Translations under genes and position numbers: made by a program
Notes under the pieces: model-generated
What the model was told of the DNA's origin: nothing
Seen by the model: the letters and a program-made list of their open reading frames with translations, nothing else
Database searches by the model: none
DNA from: Mobula hypostoma
Lineage: Eukaryota
Length of the DNA stretch: 64,000 bases
NCBI RefSeq assembly: GCF_963921235.1
Contig: NC_086098.1
Coordinates: 7,626,001 to 7,690,000 of the forward strand
Direction of reading: 5' to 3'
Shown: in pieces, positions 37,926-50,584 of the stretch
Position numbering within the stretch: position 1 is the first letter of the stretch
How the letters are laid out: every line of letters begins with the position of its first letter

Positions 37926-38885
37926 TCTGGTGTGAGTAGCAAGAATAGTGACAAATCAAAGTTCAGAAGTTTAACTTTTGAATTTTGAAGTTTACATCCA
38001 CTCCAGCAGGATTTCATGGTAACAGGTGAGGCCAATGTGGGAACCACAGGTTTGCACAGATGGGGCAAGTGGACAACAGGACAGGAGGATGAACAGAATG
38101 TGAGATAGTAAACTCCTTCTGTTGTTTAAGCAGGGATTCTGTCTGCTTTCAATTCATCAATTCAACTAATTCTCAATAACATCCTGAATAATCCTTCTGC
38201 ACTTTCAGTTGTATTGGGCCAGCCATTCCCAAGACCACATGACAGAAGAGCAGAATTAGGTTATTCAGCCCACTGAGTCTGCTTAGCCTTTCCACCATGA
38301 CAGATTTATTATCTCTCTCAATCCTATTCTACTGCCTTCTCTACCTTTGCTTAAAATATACCCAAGGACTTGGCCTCCACAGATTCCTTTTCTCCCCCAG
38401 AAGTTGCTTGACCAGCTGAGTTCCTCCACCAGATGTTTTGTGCCTTGAGCTTGCACATGATACGTTTCAATTTTTCGATGTGACAAATCATGTTAATCTT
38501 TAATTTTCCAAAGTCTTATGAGTCTGCTGAAGATACGGAGGAAATCTGGATCAATGCTGCCTGCTGGACAACAGATTCTGTGTCAGGTTTGAAATGTTGT
38601 TCTATAAACACCCTGTTGCCGATGCAATGAAAGTGATGACCAGCAAGTTTCACCGCATTTCTGGAGCCCACATAGCATGCCCACAATTTACTAACCCTAA
38701 CTCATACCTCTGACATCTTCCCATACTAATCTCCCAGTACCATGTTGGGGTGAAGTTCTCAATCTGTTTTAAAACTACTAGTGCATAAAGTATAGTTGAT
38801 AACTTAAGGAAATGTTAAGTCATTTTGTGTGCACTTTCAAATTTTTGAGCCATAGGTGATTCTGCAGGTGCTAGAAATCTTGAGC

Positions 38886-38886
<1 letters not shown>

Positions 38887-38930
<44 letters not shown>

Positions 38931-38937
38931 ACACACA
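38887..38937. repeat. (CA)n microsatellite within a degenerate Penelope-like end
   Basis: Direct observation. Confidence 0.95.
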
Positions 38938-40714
38938 GAGTGCTCAAGGCAGCCTCTATGGAAGGAAATACAACTGGAAAGGAAGCGGGTAGAAGCCAGA
39001 ACAGAATGGTGGAGGGAGAGGGAAGAGTATAAGCTGACAGGTGATAGCTGGGTGCACACGGCTGTGGTAGCAAGTCAGGCTGAGGACATACAGATTTCAA
39101 CTGCTCTCTGACACTTCATAACCACAAACGGTTCTGTAGATGTTGGAAATCCAGAGGAACACACACACACACACAAATTGCTGGAGGAACTCAGCAGGTA
39201 GGCAGCATTTATAGAGGGCAATAAAGAGTCAATGCTTTGGGCCAAGACACTTCATCCGGACTATTATTCCTAAGCTTAGAGATAAATTTCTTTTGAATGA
39301 AGAATTCCCAATGGCCTGATGAAGGTTTTTGGTGATAAAGCCGACTCTTTATTCCTCTCTGTAGATGCTGTCTGATCTTCAGAGTTCCTCCAGCATTGTA
39401 TGGCTCTTGCACGCTTCAACCACGAGCTGACCCAGACTTATTATGTTATGTGTGAATGACCTTCCCACTGCATACATCACAGTATAGAGGAGTCTCCTCT
39501 AATCAAAACCTATAATTAACAGGGCTTTCAAGATCTGTCTAGTAAAGGGAAATTGTTTGTTCTTTATGTGCCATGTCATATGACGTAAGTGATTGTGGTC
39601 TTTCCATAACCATGAATGTTCTTCGCAAAGTAGTCTACGGAAGTGGTTTGCCATTGCTGCCTTCTGGGCAGTGTCTTTGCAAGACGAGTGACCCTAGCAA
39701 TTGGCAGTAGTCATCAGAGAGTGTATACCTGGCGTCAGTGGTCACATAACCAGGATTTGTGATATGCACCACCTGCTCCCGTGGCTCCACGTGACCCTGA
39801 TCAGTGGGCTATGCGGGTGCTACATACTGACCAAGGATGACCTGCAGGCTAGCATTGGGAAGGAGTGACTTACACCTCCTTAGGTAGAGATACATCCCCA
39901 CTCGGCCACTCAGATAAAGGAAAAGAGATAAACGAAAACTGGATTTCGTGAGATCAGTAGCCAGCTGGGGAAAACTTTCCAAAGCCACTGGCACCAGCCT
40001 GAAAAGTTCAGTAAAGGCACTCCATTTATGATCGTGGCAGATATTTATTTAGAAATGGCATCACGCCATAATTGGCAGTCATTAGAAAGCTTTGACCAGC
40101 AGTTAATGATTGATTTGTCAGTATGCATGTGATGTTCTGTCTGTGCATATGTATGTGGGTGTATGTGCGCAAATTGTGTGCTTATGTGGAGAGCGATGTG
40201 GGAACTTGTGTGCAATGTTTTTCGTGTGTACGTCTACAGTATGCGTGTGGCATGTTCTGCATGTGTGCACTTTCTCATGTGGCATGTGTGGTGCTTGTCA
40301 GTGCGAGCAAGTGTGCAGATGGGCTCATATTCTTCCGAACATATGTTGTGAGGAGGGCAGATGTGCAGTTTAGAGTTATCTGACAACAAATTAAGTAAGA
40401 ACAATTAACCACAGCTAATACCTATGGGCAGAGATACAGAGCACAATCCAGGGATGGAATGCTCTCTGTTCAACTGCCAGGAAGAGAAGATAGACAGATA
40501 ATGTGGGAAATGTTCAGGGAAAACTGGATGGGAATTTGATGGGAATCTAATTGTTCGGACTGATTGGTCCTTTTACCAAAGCTGCACTTCATTATTTTAA
40601 TGTCAAAAATGTCAACAAGATAGGTAAAAAGAGTTATTGAGTATGAAATAGAAAAACTGTTTTTCAGCACTTTATATCCTAATTTGATAACAAAATAAAT
40701 AAGAACATGAATAG

Positions 40715-40965
40715 TACAGAATACTGTTAACATACAGGTTACAGTGTACAGTCAAATTATTTACAGAATACTGTAAACGTGTAGTTTATAGTATAGAGTT
40801 CAAATTATTTACTGAATATTGTAAATGTGTTGGTTATAGTGTACAGTTCAAATTATTTACTGAATACTGTAAACAGGCAGGTTGCAGTGTACAGTTTGAA
40901 TTTACTGAATACTGTAAATGGGCATATTGCAGTGTGCAGTTCAAATTATTTACTGAATACTGTGA
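40715..40965. repeat. Minisatellite, ~48-bp unit x ~5
   Basis: Units resembling tactgaatactgtaaa...agtgtacagttcaaattatt start near 40715, 40762, 40810, 40858, 40903 and 40951. Confidence 0.85.
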
Positions 40966-41249
40966 GTAAGCATGTTACAAACTAAAAGTGAAGAATGAGT
41001 TGCAGACTCAGTTAAATTAATTCTAATTCTGGTCTGAACTGAATTAGCTCACACAACTTTTAAAATAATGATTCCAAGAGCTTGGAGCACAGATTAAAAA
41101 TTATATGGTATTTTCCACTTCTATACAGAGTAAGGCTAGGAATCAGAGGTAAATGGTAGCTCCTGCTCTCTGTGGAGTCCCAAAACCTACTGGTGGGGAG
41201 AAAAAAAAATCAAGGAACAGATGAATAACAGAAGAGAGAGAGTGAAATC

Positions 41250-41400
41250 AAAAGGAGTGGGAGTAAGAGTTGGATTGAGACTGAGAGTGGGAGTGAGAAT
41301 TAGTTTGGGACTGGGAGTGGGCATAAGAATTGGAGTGAGAGTGGGAGTGACAATTGGATTGAGACTGGGTGGGCGTGGGACTGAGAATTGCAGAGAGAGT
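41250..41400. repeat. Degenerate hexamer repeat (GGAGTG/GAGACT-like)
   Basis: Direct observation; explains the periodic ORFs here. Confidence 0.85.
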
Positions 41401-42651
41401 GCAAGTGTTAGGATCAGACTGTACGTTTGTGGTCTTCGGCTGTTGTAGCCCTTCCATTTCAAGGTTTGAATTGTTGTATGTTCAGAGATGCTCCTTTACA
41501 GACCACTCTTATAACGCGTGGTTGTTGAGTTACTGTCACCTTCCTGTCAACTTGAACTAGTCTGATCATCTTCCTCTGACATCTCTCATTAACAAGGTAT
41601 TTTTCACCCACAGAACCACCACTCATTGGATGTTTCTTTGGTTTTTTTTGCACTATTCTCTGTAAACTCTAGAGACTCTTGTGTGTTAAATCCCAGGAAA
41701 TCTGCCGTTTACGAGATACTCAAACTACCCCGTCTGGCATCAACAATCATTCCACAGTCAAAGTCACGTAGATCACATTTCTTCCTCATTCTGATGTTTG
41801 GTCTGAACCACAACTGAATCTCTTGACCGTGTCTGCGTGTTTTATGCATTGAGTTACTACCACGTGATTAGCTGATTAGATATTTGTATTAACAGACAGG
41901 TGTACAGGGATAATAATAAAGTGGCCACTGAGTGTATGCCCCTTCCTCTGAGTGAGACTTCTTTTTAAAATCCAGACCATCACAGGCACAAAAAAATACT
42001 GGGATAATCTTCCAGTTAAACATGTTTATTTTCCATCTCATTAATATTCGGTCCATTGGTCCTCTGATGTTTCATTGCGGTTTTAAAAGCTTGTGGAAGT
42101 TTACAAACTTCAAAGTCTATTTGGCATCAAACCAAATTGATCATGGACTATTTCAGAAGGTTTACAGATAATACTAATGGGAATAATTATAAGTTCAATG
42201 TTATTCCTCGTTCTAAACTCATTGAAATAGTTTTGGACATGGGTCATGCTTGTAATCACTTCTTTGAAACATGAAAGAATTAAAAGCCCTCTTAATATCA
42301 TTAAATTGCTTTCAACTTTAACCAAGATGTCTCCAGAATTCTACTGACGTTGACCTCATCTTCTATAAGTGGACAAGATTTTCAGATATTGTACAGTAAA
42401 TTTCAAAATTTCAAAGTGCAAAGTAAATTTATTATCAAAGTACATGTATGTCACCACATACAACCCTGAGATTCTTTTTCCTGTGGGCATACTCAGAAAA
42501 TCTACAGAATAGTAACTATAACAGGATCAATGAAAGATCAACCAAAGTGCTGAAGACAACAAACTGTGCAAAATGCAAGTATAAACAAATAGCAATAAAT
42601 AGAAGAACATGAGATAATGAGATAGAGACCTTAAGATGAGTCAAAATGGTT

Positions 42652-43251
42652 GTTGTGATGTACCTAGTATAGTGGGTAGTGCTTGTCCTTCTCACTTTTA
42701 GCTTCCACTGCTGGCTAGCAGACTTGCGAAAAGGGGAGCTGAATGTGTAAGTCTCTCCCTGATATTACATAGCCTCTCCAACAGCAAGCCTCATTCAGGG
42801 GCATCACACTGAAATGGAACTCCATTTTGGATTCAAGCTGAACTACAGAGGACGTGGAGGAGGTCTGGCCCCTGCAAATGTAGCACGCAGACCCACCAGT
42901 GTGTGGATATGCCCTGGTGCTCCTGAACCAGATCCCCAGCTATGGGTAAATAGTCCCACTGTCTTGTGGGCAGCCTTGGGAGAGACGAAGGTTACAGGAG
43001 TAAATCCAGACAGCAGATCTGGAGTGGAGACCCTGAGGCATCTAGATGTCATTGAACATCCTTCTGGCAGCTCCTGCAGCCAAGCTGGTGCCAAACGTAT
43101 TGCTTCATCAGCTTTCCTTTGGACTACACTGGTGAGGCTGAGAGGGGGATCTTGAAAACTGGGCATCTCAGGATCTCCATATCTTCCACCCAGGCCTGTG
43201 ATGATGATGATCGTCACCCATTGTCCTTTGAGACAGACGGATACTACCCAA
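42652..43251 (+). mobile_element. Non-autonomous RTE-like retroposon nested in a Rex1-like tail
   Basis: The host repeat resumes after the insert with an imperfect duplication tcaaaat(g/t)gtt. Confidence 0.6.
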
Positions 43252-44314
43252 TCAAAATTGTTTGTGGGAACATCTCAATGGATGGGCAAGTGAATGTAGT
43301 TATCCTCTTTTATTCAAGGGTCTGATGGTTGAGGGATAGTAACTGTTCCTGAACCTGGTGGTGCAGGTCCTGCGGCTCCTGACGGCAACAGTGAGAAGAG
43401 AGCAGGCCCTGGATAGTGAGAATCTCTGATAATTGATGCTGCTTTCCTATGACAGTGTTTCATATAGGTGTGCTCAATGGTTGGGGGGACTTTACCCCGA
43501 TCTACTGGGCTGACTCCACTACATTTTGTAGGATTTCCCATTCAAAGGCATGTACTGTAAATGAAAGAAATTAATTTCCAATAATGGCATTGAAGCCATA
43601 AAAAATGCATGTTAATCTAAAATTGTTTTGTGTAAAACTGGGGAGCGCAATCTAATAGATGTTTTACAGAAAATGAGTTTGTTGTTGTGATAAGGCATAT
43701 ATTTAAATCAAATGTTACCTTGTTGCCTGTCATAAGATCTTACTGTATGAGACAATTGCATAAAACACTGTAATGCATTTGTACTATTTCTATTTTCCTG
43801 TTCATTGATTTTCTAAAATGTTGTGGTGAACAAATCACTTGTATAATGATGTTATCACATCACTTTAAATGACTCCATTTAGAACTGGTTAAATTTTCAC
43901 TTTATCAGGGAATAATACCTTTGCAACCTTAAAGAATTCCACTTTTCCTCTGTTTGTGTTTATGCTGGAGGCACCAACAAATAATTGTCATTTAATTAGA
44001 AATCCTTTAAACATTCAAAGAAGGGCAAGTTAATATTTTATTTAAAGTAGCTGCAATTTATATTAGGGTAAAAATCAGACAGTCACAGTTTATTACACTT
44101 TTAACAGCAATGCCCTTCCTACTTTCATTAAAACTTTCTCCTAGACCCATCATGACTGTCAAAACTGTGTAGAATTATATGTGTCACAAGGCAGTGAGGC
44201 AATGACAGTTCGTAATGGCTGTGGAAATATTCTGTGTACAGGGGGAGGCCAAGGTGAACAGCAAGGCAATACCCTCTCCCACGGACAGGTCACGCCATCC
44301 GGATGTGTAACTTG

Positions 44315-44690
44315 TGTGTCCCCAGTTGATCCTTCACTCCCAGTCGAAGGAAGGTCAACGAGCCCCTGGTGGGCAAAGGAAACGCTTCAAAGGTAACGTC
44401 AGACTCAGCCTGAAGAAATTCAACATTACAGCTAAAAACTGGGAAGACATTGCACTCACTAGATACACCTGGAAGAAATCTGTTCAAGAGGGAGCTGCAC
44501 TACACAAGAGTGATCTCTGCTGTGCCACAGAGGACAAGTGGCAGCTACAAAAGGGGAGAGTGAAGAACCAAAAGATCCAGCCAGTGACCATAACCTCCAC
44601 TTCCTCGTGCCCACACTGCACCAGAATATCTGGATCACAGATCAAATTCTACTGCCACCTGAGGACCCACACTTCATACTCAACTTAAGT
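44315..44690 (+). mobile_element. RTE LINE ORF C-terminus with C2H2 finger
   Basis: GQRAPGGQRKRFKGNVRLSLKK...WEDIALTRYTW...CPHCTR...HLRTH. Confidence 0.85.
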
Positions 44691-44799
44691 AATAGCATTA
44701 CTATAATGGGAACACTACCACTTTGCTTTCCCACCTAATTATCATAAGACCACATCTGATAGGAGCAAATTAGGCCATTCAGCCCATTGAGTATGCTAA

Positions 44800-46905
44800 C
44801 TACAACAATTGTTCATCCCAGTTTGGCAAAAGAATAAATCAAGGAAGGTAGTGCACCGATGGCTGACAAGAGAAATTAGGGATAGTATCAATTCCAAAGA
44901 AGAAGCATACAAATTAGCCAGAAAAAGTGGCTCACCTGAGGACTGGGAGAAATTCAGAGTTCAGCAGAGGAGGACAAAGGGCTTAATTAGGAAGGGAAAA
45001 AAAGATTATTAGAGAAAACTGGCAGAGAACATAAAAACTGACTGTAAAAGCTTTTATAGATATGTGAAAAGAAAAAGATTGGTTAAGACAAATGTAGGTC
45101 CCCTGCAGGCAGAAACAGGTGAATTGATTATGGGGAGCAAGGACATGGCAGACCAATTGAATAATTACTTTGGTTCTGTCTTCACTAAGGAGGACATAAA
45201 TAATCTTCCGGAAATAGTAGGGGACAGAGGGTCCAGTGAGATGGAGGAACTGAGGGAAATACATGTTAGTAGGGAAGTGGTGTTAGGTAAATTGAAGGGA
45301 TTGAAGGCAGATAAATCCCCAGGGCCAGATGGTCTGCATCCCAGAGTGCTTAAGGAAGTAGCCCAAGAAATAGTGGATGCATTAGTGATAATTTTTCAAA
45401 ACTCTTTAGATTCTGGACTAGTTTCTGAGGATTGGAGGGTGGCTAATATAACCCTACTTTTTAAAAAAGCAGGGGGAGAGCAACCAGGGAATTATAGACC
45501 GGTTAGCCTAACATCAGTGGTGGGGAAACTGCTAGAGTCACTTATCAAAGATGTGATAACAGCACATTTGGAAAGCGGTGAAATCATCGGACAAAGTCAG
45601 CATGGATTTGTGAAAGGAAAATCATGTCTGACAAATCTCATAGAATTTTTTGAGGATGTAACTAGTAGAGTGGATAGGGGAGAACCAGTGGATGTGGTAT
45701 ATCTGGATTTTCAAAAGGCTTTTGACAAGGTCCCACACAGGAGATTAGTGTGCAAACTTAAAGCACACGGTATTGGGGGTAAGGTATTGATGTGGATAGA
45801 GAATTGGTTGGCAGACAGGAAGCAAAGAGTGGGAATAAACGGGACCTTTTCAGAATGGCAGGCAGTGACTAGTGGGGTACCACAAGGCTCAGTGCTGGGA
45901 CCCCAGTTGTTTACAATATATATTAATGACTTGGATGAGGGAATTAAATGCAGCATCTCCAAGTTTGCAGATGACACGAAGCTGGGCGGCAGTGTTAGCT
46001 GTGAGGAGGATGCTAAGAGGATGCAGGGTGATTTGGATAGGTTAGGTGAGTGGGGAAGATCATGGCAGATGTAATTTAATGTGGATAAATGTGAGGTTAT
46101 CCACTTTGGTGGCAAAGACAGGAAAACAGATTATTATCTGAATGGTGGCCGATTAGGAAAAGGGGAGGTGCAATGAGACTTGGGTGTCATTATACACCAG
46201 TCATTGAAAGTGGGCATGCAGGTACAGCAGGTGGTGAAAAAGGCGAATGGTATGCTGGCATTTATAGCGAGAGGATTCGAGTACAGGAGCAGGGAGGTAC
46301 TACTGCAGTTGTACAAGGCCTTGGTGAGACCACACCTGGAGTATTGTGTGATGTTTTGGTCCCCTAATCTGAGGAAAGACATCCTTGCCATAGAGGGAGT
46401 GCAAAGAAGGTTCACCAGATTGATTCCTGGGATGGCAGGACTTTCATATGATGAAAGACTGGATGAACTAGGCTTATACTCATTGGAATTTAGAAGATTG
46501 AGGGGGGATCTGATTGAAACGTATAAGATCCTAAAGGGATTGGACAGGCTAGATGCAGGAAGATTGTTCCTGATGTTGAGGAAGTCCAGAACGACGGGTC
46601 ACAGTTTGAGGTTAAAGGGGAAGCCTTTTAGGACCGAGATTAGGAAAAACTTCTTCACACAGAGAGTGGTGAATCTGTGGAATTCTCTGCCACAGGAAAC
46701 AGTTGAGGCCAGTTCATTGGCTATATTTAAGAGGGAGTTAGATATGGCCCTTGTGGCTAAAGGGATCTGGGGGTATAGAGGGAAGGCTGGTGCAGGGTTC
46801 TGAGTTGGATGATCAGCCATGATCGTACTGAATGGCGGTGCAGGCTCGAAGGGCCGAATGGCCTACTCCTGCACCTATTTTCAATGTTTCTATGTTTCTA
46901 TGTTT
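44800..46905 (+). mobile_element. 5'-truncated CR1 LINE (RT; few stops)
   Basis: 336-aa and 207-aa ORFs with canonical CR1 RT motifs; (TTTCTATG)n tail. Confidence 0.95.
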
Positions 46906-47104
46906 CAAAACAGTCTATTAATGGAACAGGAGAGTGCTAAGTTTGAGGTTTTGTTCACAGCAACAAAGAAAAAAATTAACATGTTAATATTGTTCAATTA
47001 AATAACGTTTTGCAAACATTATTTTATTTTATTTGCAGGTACACCTGGCAGCAAGCTCTTCCAGTACGATGGGCACATGCCACCCTATTAAATCCATGTA
47101 AAGA

Positions 47105-47490
47105 TTGCTTGCTTACTGCCTGTTACACTGCTGACGGTTAAGGCAGAAATGAAGGTCCTCCATCTCTGACGATGTTCAGGTTTCCTTCATCATGTCGGTA
47201 GCTTCCTGTCGGTTTTCACTACGGTTAGTCATGCAAGTCCTGGGTGGAGACTCAGATGTAGAAGGATTCTTCATTCCTGATTCCATAACAGTTTTGTTTG
47301 CCCAGTCAGGGTTGTTAGCCCTGAGCTGAACCCCTGAAGCTGGAGGACGGGTGAGCTATTTTCTACCCTTTGACCTACTTAGAATGGGTGACCCTAAAGC
47401 ATAAAGCCCTGACTCCAGCCAACATAGCTCTCTGGATCATTGAGGCACGCAAGCCTCCAAACCACGACAAGGTTGTGGTCCTCTTAAAGG
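47105..47490 (-). mobile_element. Non-autonomous RTE-like element
   Basis: The minus strand begins ...CCTTGTCGTGGTTTGGAGGCTTGCGTGCCTCAATGA, resembling RTE/BovB 5' termini. Confidence 0.55.
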
Positions 47491-48228
47491 ATCCATTTGA
47501 AGAATTAACATACTAACTTGTATGGCTTTTGAATGTGGGAGGAAAGCAGAGCACCTGCAGGAAACCCATTTTATCATGGAGAATGTACAAACCCCTTAAA
47601 GACAATGGTAGAATTGAACTTGGGTTTACTGGCACTGTAATAGAGTTATGCTACCATACCACCTTTATACTGTTCCCTTAGCAGTGTGGAGATACATCTC
47701 TACCAAACGAAATGTAAGGCATTTGTTCCCTCTGCCAGCCTGCAGATCGTCCTTGAGCAAGGTGTGGCACCTGCTTAGCCCCCAACTCCCAGCTCCCACT
47801 CCCCCCCAAATCAGGGCCATGTGAAGCTATGGGAACAGGTGCTGGATAGTCGTATGAGGTGGTTTGTATGAGCAGCTGGTGAATATCACAATGTCATGTT
47901 ATGCAACCACAGATGCCAGGCAGACAATCTCTGAAGAGTATTGATAATGATTGGGATCTCCTGTCTTGTAAAGACACTGCCCAGAAGAAGGCAATAGTAA
48001 ACCACTTATGTAGAAAAATTTGCCAAGAACAATTATGGTCATGAAAGATCATGATTGCCCATGTCATACAACATGGCATCTAATGAATGAACCAGGAAAA
48101 ATATTCCTTGAGGAACTTTAAGGATCCTAACATGTTGAAAAAGTGAAATTATTTCATTTTCACTCCTCGCCACTTCTGGCATTTCCAAGCCTGAGTGCTT
48201 GAAACCACAGTGAGCAAAAGAGTTCAGA

Positions 48229-48438
48229 GCAACAGACACAAAACGCTGGAGGAACTCAGCAGGCCAGGGAGCATCTATGTAAAAAAGTACAGTCAATGTT
48301 TTGGGCTGAAACCCTTCAGCAGGACTAAAACGTCGACTGTACTTTTTTTCATAGATGCTGCCTGGCCTGCTGAGTTCCTCCAGCATTTTCTGTGTGTTGC
48401 TTGGATTTCCAGCTTCTGCAGATTTTCTCTGGTTTGTG
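48229..48438. mobile_element. Penelope-like inverted-pair insertion
   Basis: Arms ~48229-48301 and ~48328-48400; 13-bp TSD aaaagagttcaga (48216-48228, 48439-48451). Confidence 0.85.
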
Positions 48439-48527
48439 AAAAGAGTTCAGAATTGTTTTACTGCTTATTTCTTACCAACTATCAGTGACAAAAATCAATG
48501 CTTTTTGAGCACATTAACATGCAAGTT

Positions 48528-49367
48528 GCATCCCATATGTCAAAGGATAAGCTAGTGCGCATTTTTTCCAATATCAATCCTATTTGTCACAGATGTAATG
48601 TTGAGGTGGCCACTTTAACTCATATGTATTGGTCTTGTATAAAGCTACAAACCGTTTGTAGATAACTTTTGGAGAGATGTTTTTAAAACATTCTCAAAAG
48701 TCTTGGATCTGGATTTACAACCTAATTTGCTTACGGCAATTTTTGGGATTATCCCATCGGAAGCAGGAAACATTCCTGTTTCTGCTCAACATATGATAGC
48801 CTTTTTGACTTTATTGGCTAGGAGAGCCATTTTATTGAAGTGGAAGGATTCTAATCCACCTACGGTCTTTTATTGGCTCTCCTCCATTATGTCCTGTTTA
48901 AGTTTAGAGAAAATAAGAAGTCAGACATTTGAAACATCCTTTAAATTTGAGCAAATCTGGCGAACTTTTTTTCAATAGTTTCATTTAATTTGATTGATTA
49001 CACTTCCAATTTTTTTTTCAAAGTTTTTGATTCGATCAGAAAGTTTTTCTTTTTTTTGGGTCGTATCCTCAAACTGGACTGTCCAGTCCTTTTTTTTGTT
49101 TCTTTTATTTTGTATAGGGTAGTGGGTTTTTTTCCTTCATCTAAAGTCCAAAGTTTTTTCTTTCCTCTTTATGAACTGATAAGAGGAGAATTGCTGTTTT
49201 CTTTTTTATATATTATATACTAGCTTAACACTATGTACGACGTTGATAATGTCTATATCAATCTCGGTTGGTATTGTTATTGATATATATTTCTGAGATA
49301 ATTCTCCTCTTGTTTGTATTTATGTTCCTTTTAAATCAATAAAACGATTAATAAAGAAAGAAAGAAG
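48528..49367 (+). mobile_element. L1/Tx1-like LINE 3' end
   Basis: CCHC finger (CHRC...THMYWSC), AATAAA, (GAAA)n tail, 11-bp TSD acatgcaagtt. Confidence 0.9.
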
Positions 49368-49754
49368 ACATGCAAGTTACACTATTTAAAGGAAGAGGTG
49401 CTAGAGGTGCTTCCTAGAGATGCTGCCTGGCCTGCTGCGTTCACCAGCAACGTTTATGTGTGTTGCTTGAATTTCCAGCATCTGCAGAATTCCTCTATTT
49501 AAAATCTGTTTGCTTTAAGCAGGGTGTCGTGTCTCGTGGCCACACGTCATGCACACAACTGACGCTAGTTAAAATCTGTTCGGCAGCAGTCTCCTGTCCC
49601 AAGTAAGTGGCGTAGTGTCCTAAATAAATGAAGGGATTCCAGCCTACTTCCTCAGTTAGTTTTTTTTTCTTTTAGAGTTGTCCCAAATAAGTGACTGCTA
49701 AGATTCAGCAATGGCCCAATTAATAGGAATTCACTGTATTAGTTTATGTATTAG

Positions 49755-50584
49755 AAACATAGAAACATAGAAAATAGGTGCAGGAGTAGGCCATTCGGCC
49801 CTTCGAGCCTGCACCGCCATTTATTATGATCATGGCTGATCATCCAACTCAGAACCCAGCCTTCCCTCCATACCCCCTGACCCCTGTAGCCACAAGGGCC
49901 ATATCTAACTTCCTTTTAAACATAGCTAATGAACTGGCCTCAACAGTTTGCTGTGGCAGAGAATTCCACAGATTCACCACTCTCTGTGTGAAGAAGTTTT
50001 TCCTAACCTCGGTCCTAAAAGGCTTCCCCTCTATCCTCAAACTGTGACCCCTCGTTCTAGACCTCCCCAACATCGGGAACAATCTTCCTGCATCTAGCCT
50101 GTCCAATCCCTTTAGGATCTTATACGTTTCAATCAGATCCCCCCTCAATCTTCTAAATTCCAACGAGTACAAGCCCAGTTCATCCAGTCTTTCTTCATAT
50201 GAAAGACCTGCCATCCCAGGAATCAATCTGGTGAACCTTCTTTGTACTCCCTCTATGGCAAAGATGTCTTTCCTCAGATTAGGGGACCAAAACTGCACAC
50301 AATACTCCAGGTGTGGTCTCACCAAGGCCTTGTACAACTGCAGTAGTACCTCCCTGCTCCTGTACTCGAATCCTCTCGCTATAAATGCCAGCATACCGTT
50401 CGCCTTTTTCACCGCCTGCTGTACCTGCATGCCCACTTTCAATGACTGGTGTATAATGACACCCAGGTCTCGTTGCACCTCCCCTTTTCCTAATCGGCCA
50501 CCATTCAGATAATAATCTGTTTTCCTATTTTTGCCACCAAAGTGGATAACTTCACATTTATCCACATTAAATTGCATCTGCCAT
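49755..50584 (-). mobile_element. CR1 3' end, same family as 44800-46905
   Basis: Open frame WQMQFNVDKC...RVVNLWNSLP; nearly identical to ~46063-46905 in the opposite orientation. Confidence 0.95.

Noticed and set aside
40715..40965. CRISPR-like periodicity
   Set aside because: Whole units are homologous, with no unique spacers and no cas genes, in a vertebrate context; it is an ordinary minisatellite.
40110..41462. Cys-rich and Gly/Val/Arg-periodic ORFs
   Set aside because: They are translations of TG-rich and hexamer low-complexity repeats.
42910..43005. Possible second HDV-like ribozyme (TGCTCCTG/CAGGAGTA pairing, TCCCCAGC loop)
   Set aside because: P1, P4 and the J4/2 catalytic C could not be placed consistently.
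16420..48212. CACAGTG heptamers (16420, 16752, 48206) plus an octamer, suggesting an antigen-receptor locus
   Set aside because: No nonamer at 12- or 23-nt spacing and no V/J/C-like coding segments; two of the heptamers lie in or at a MITE.
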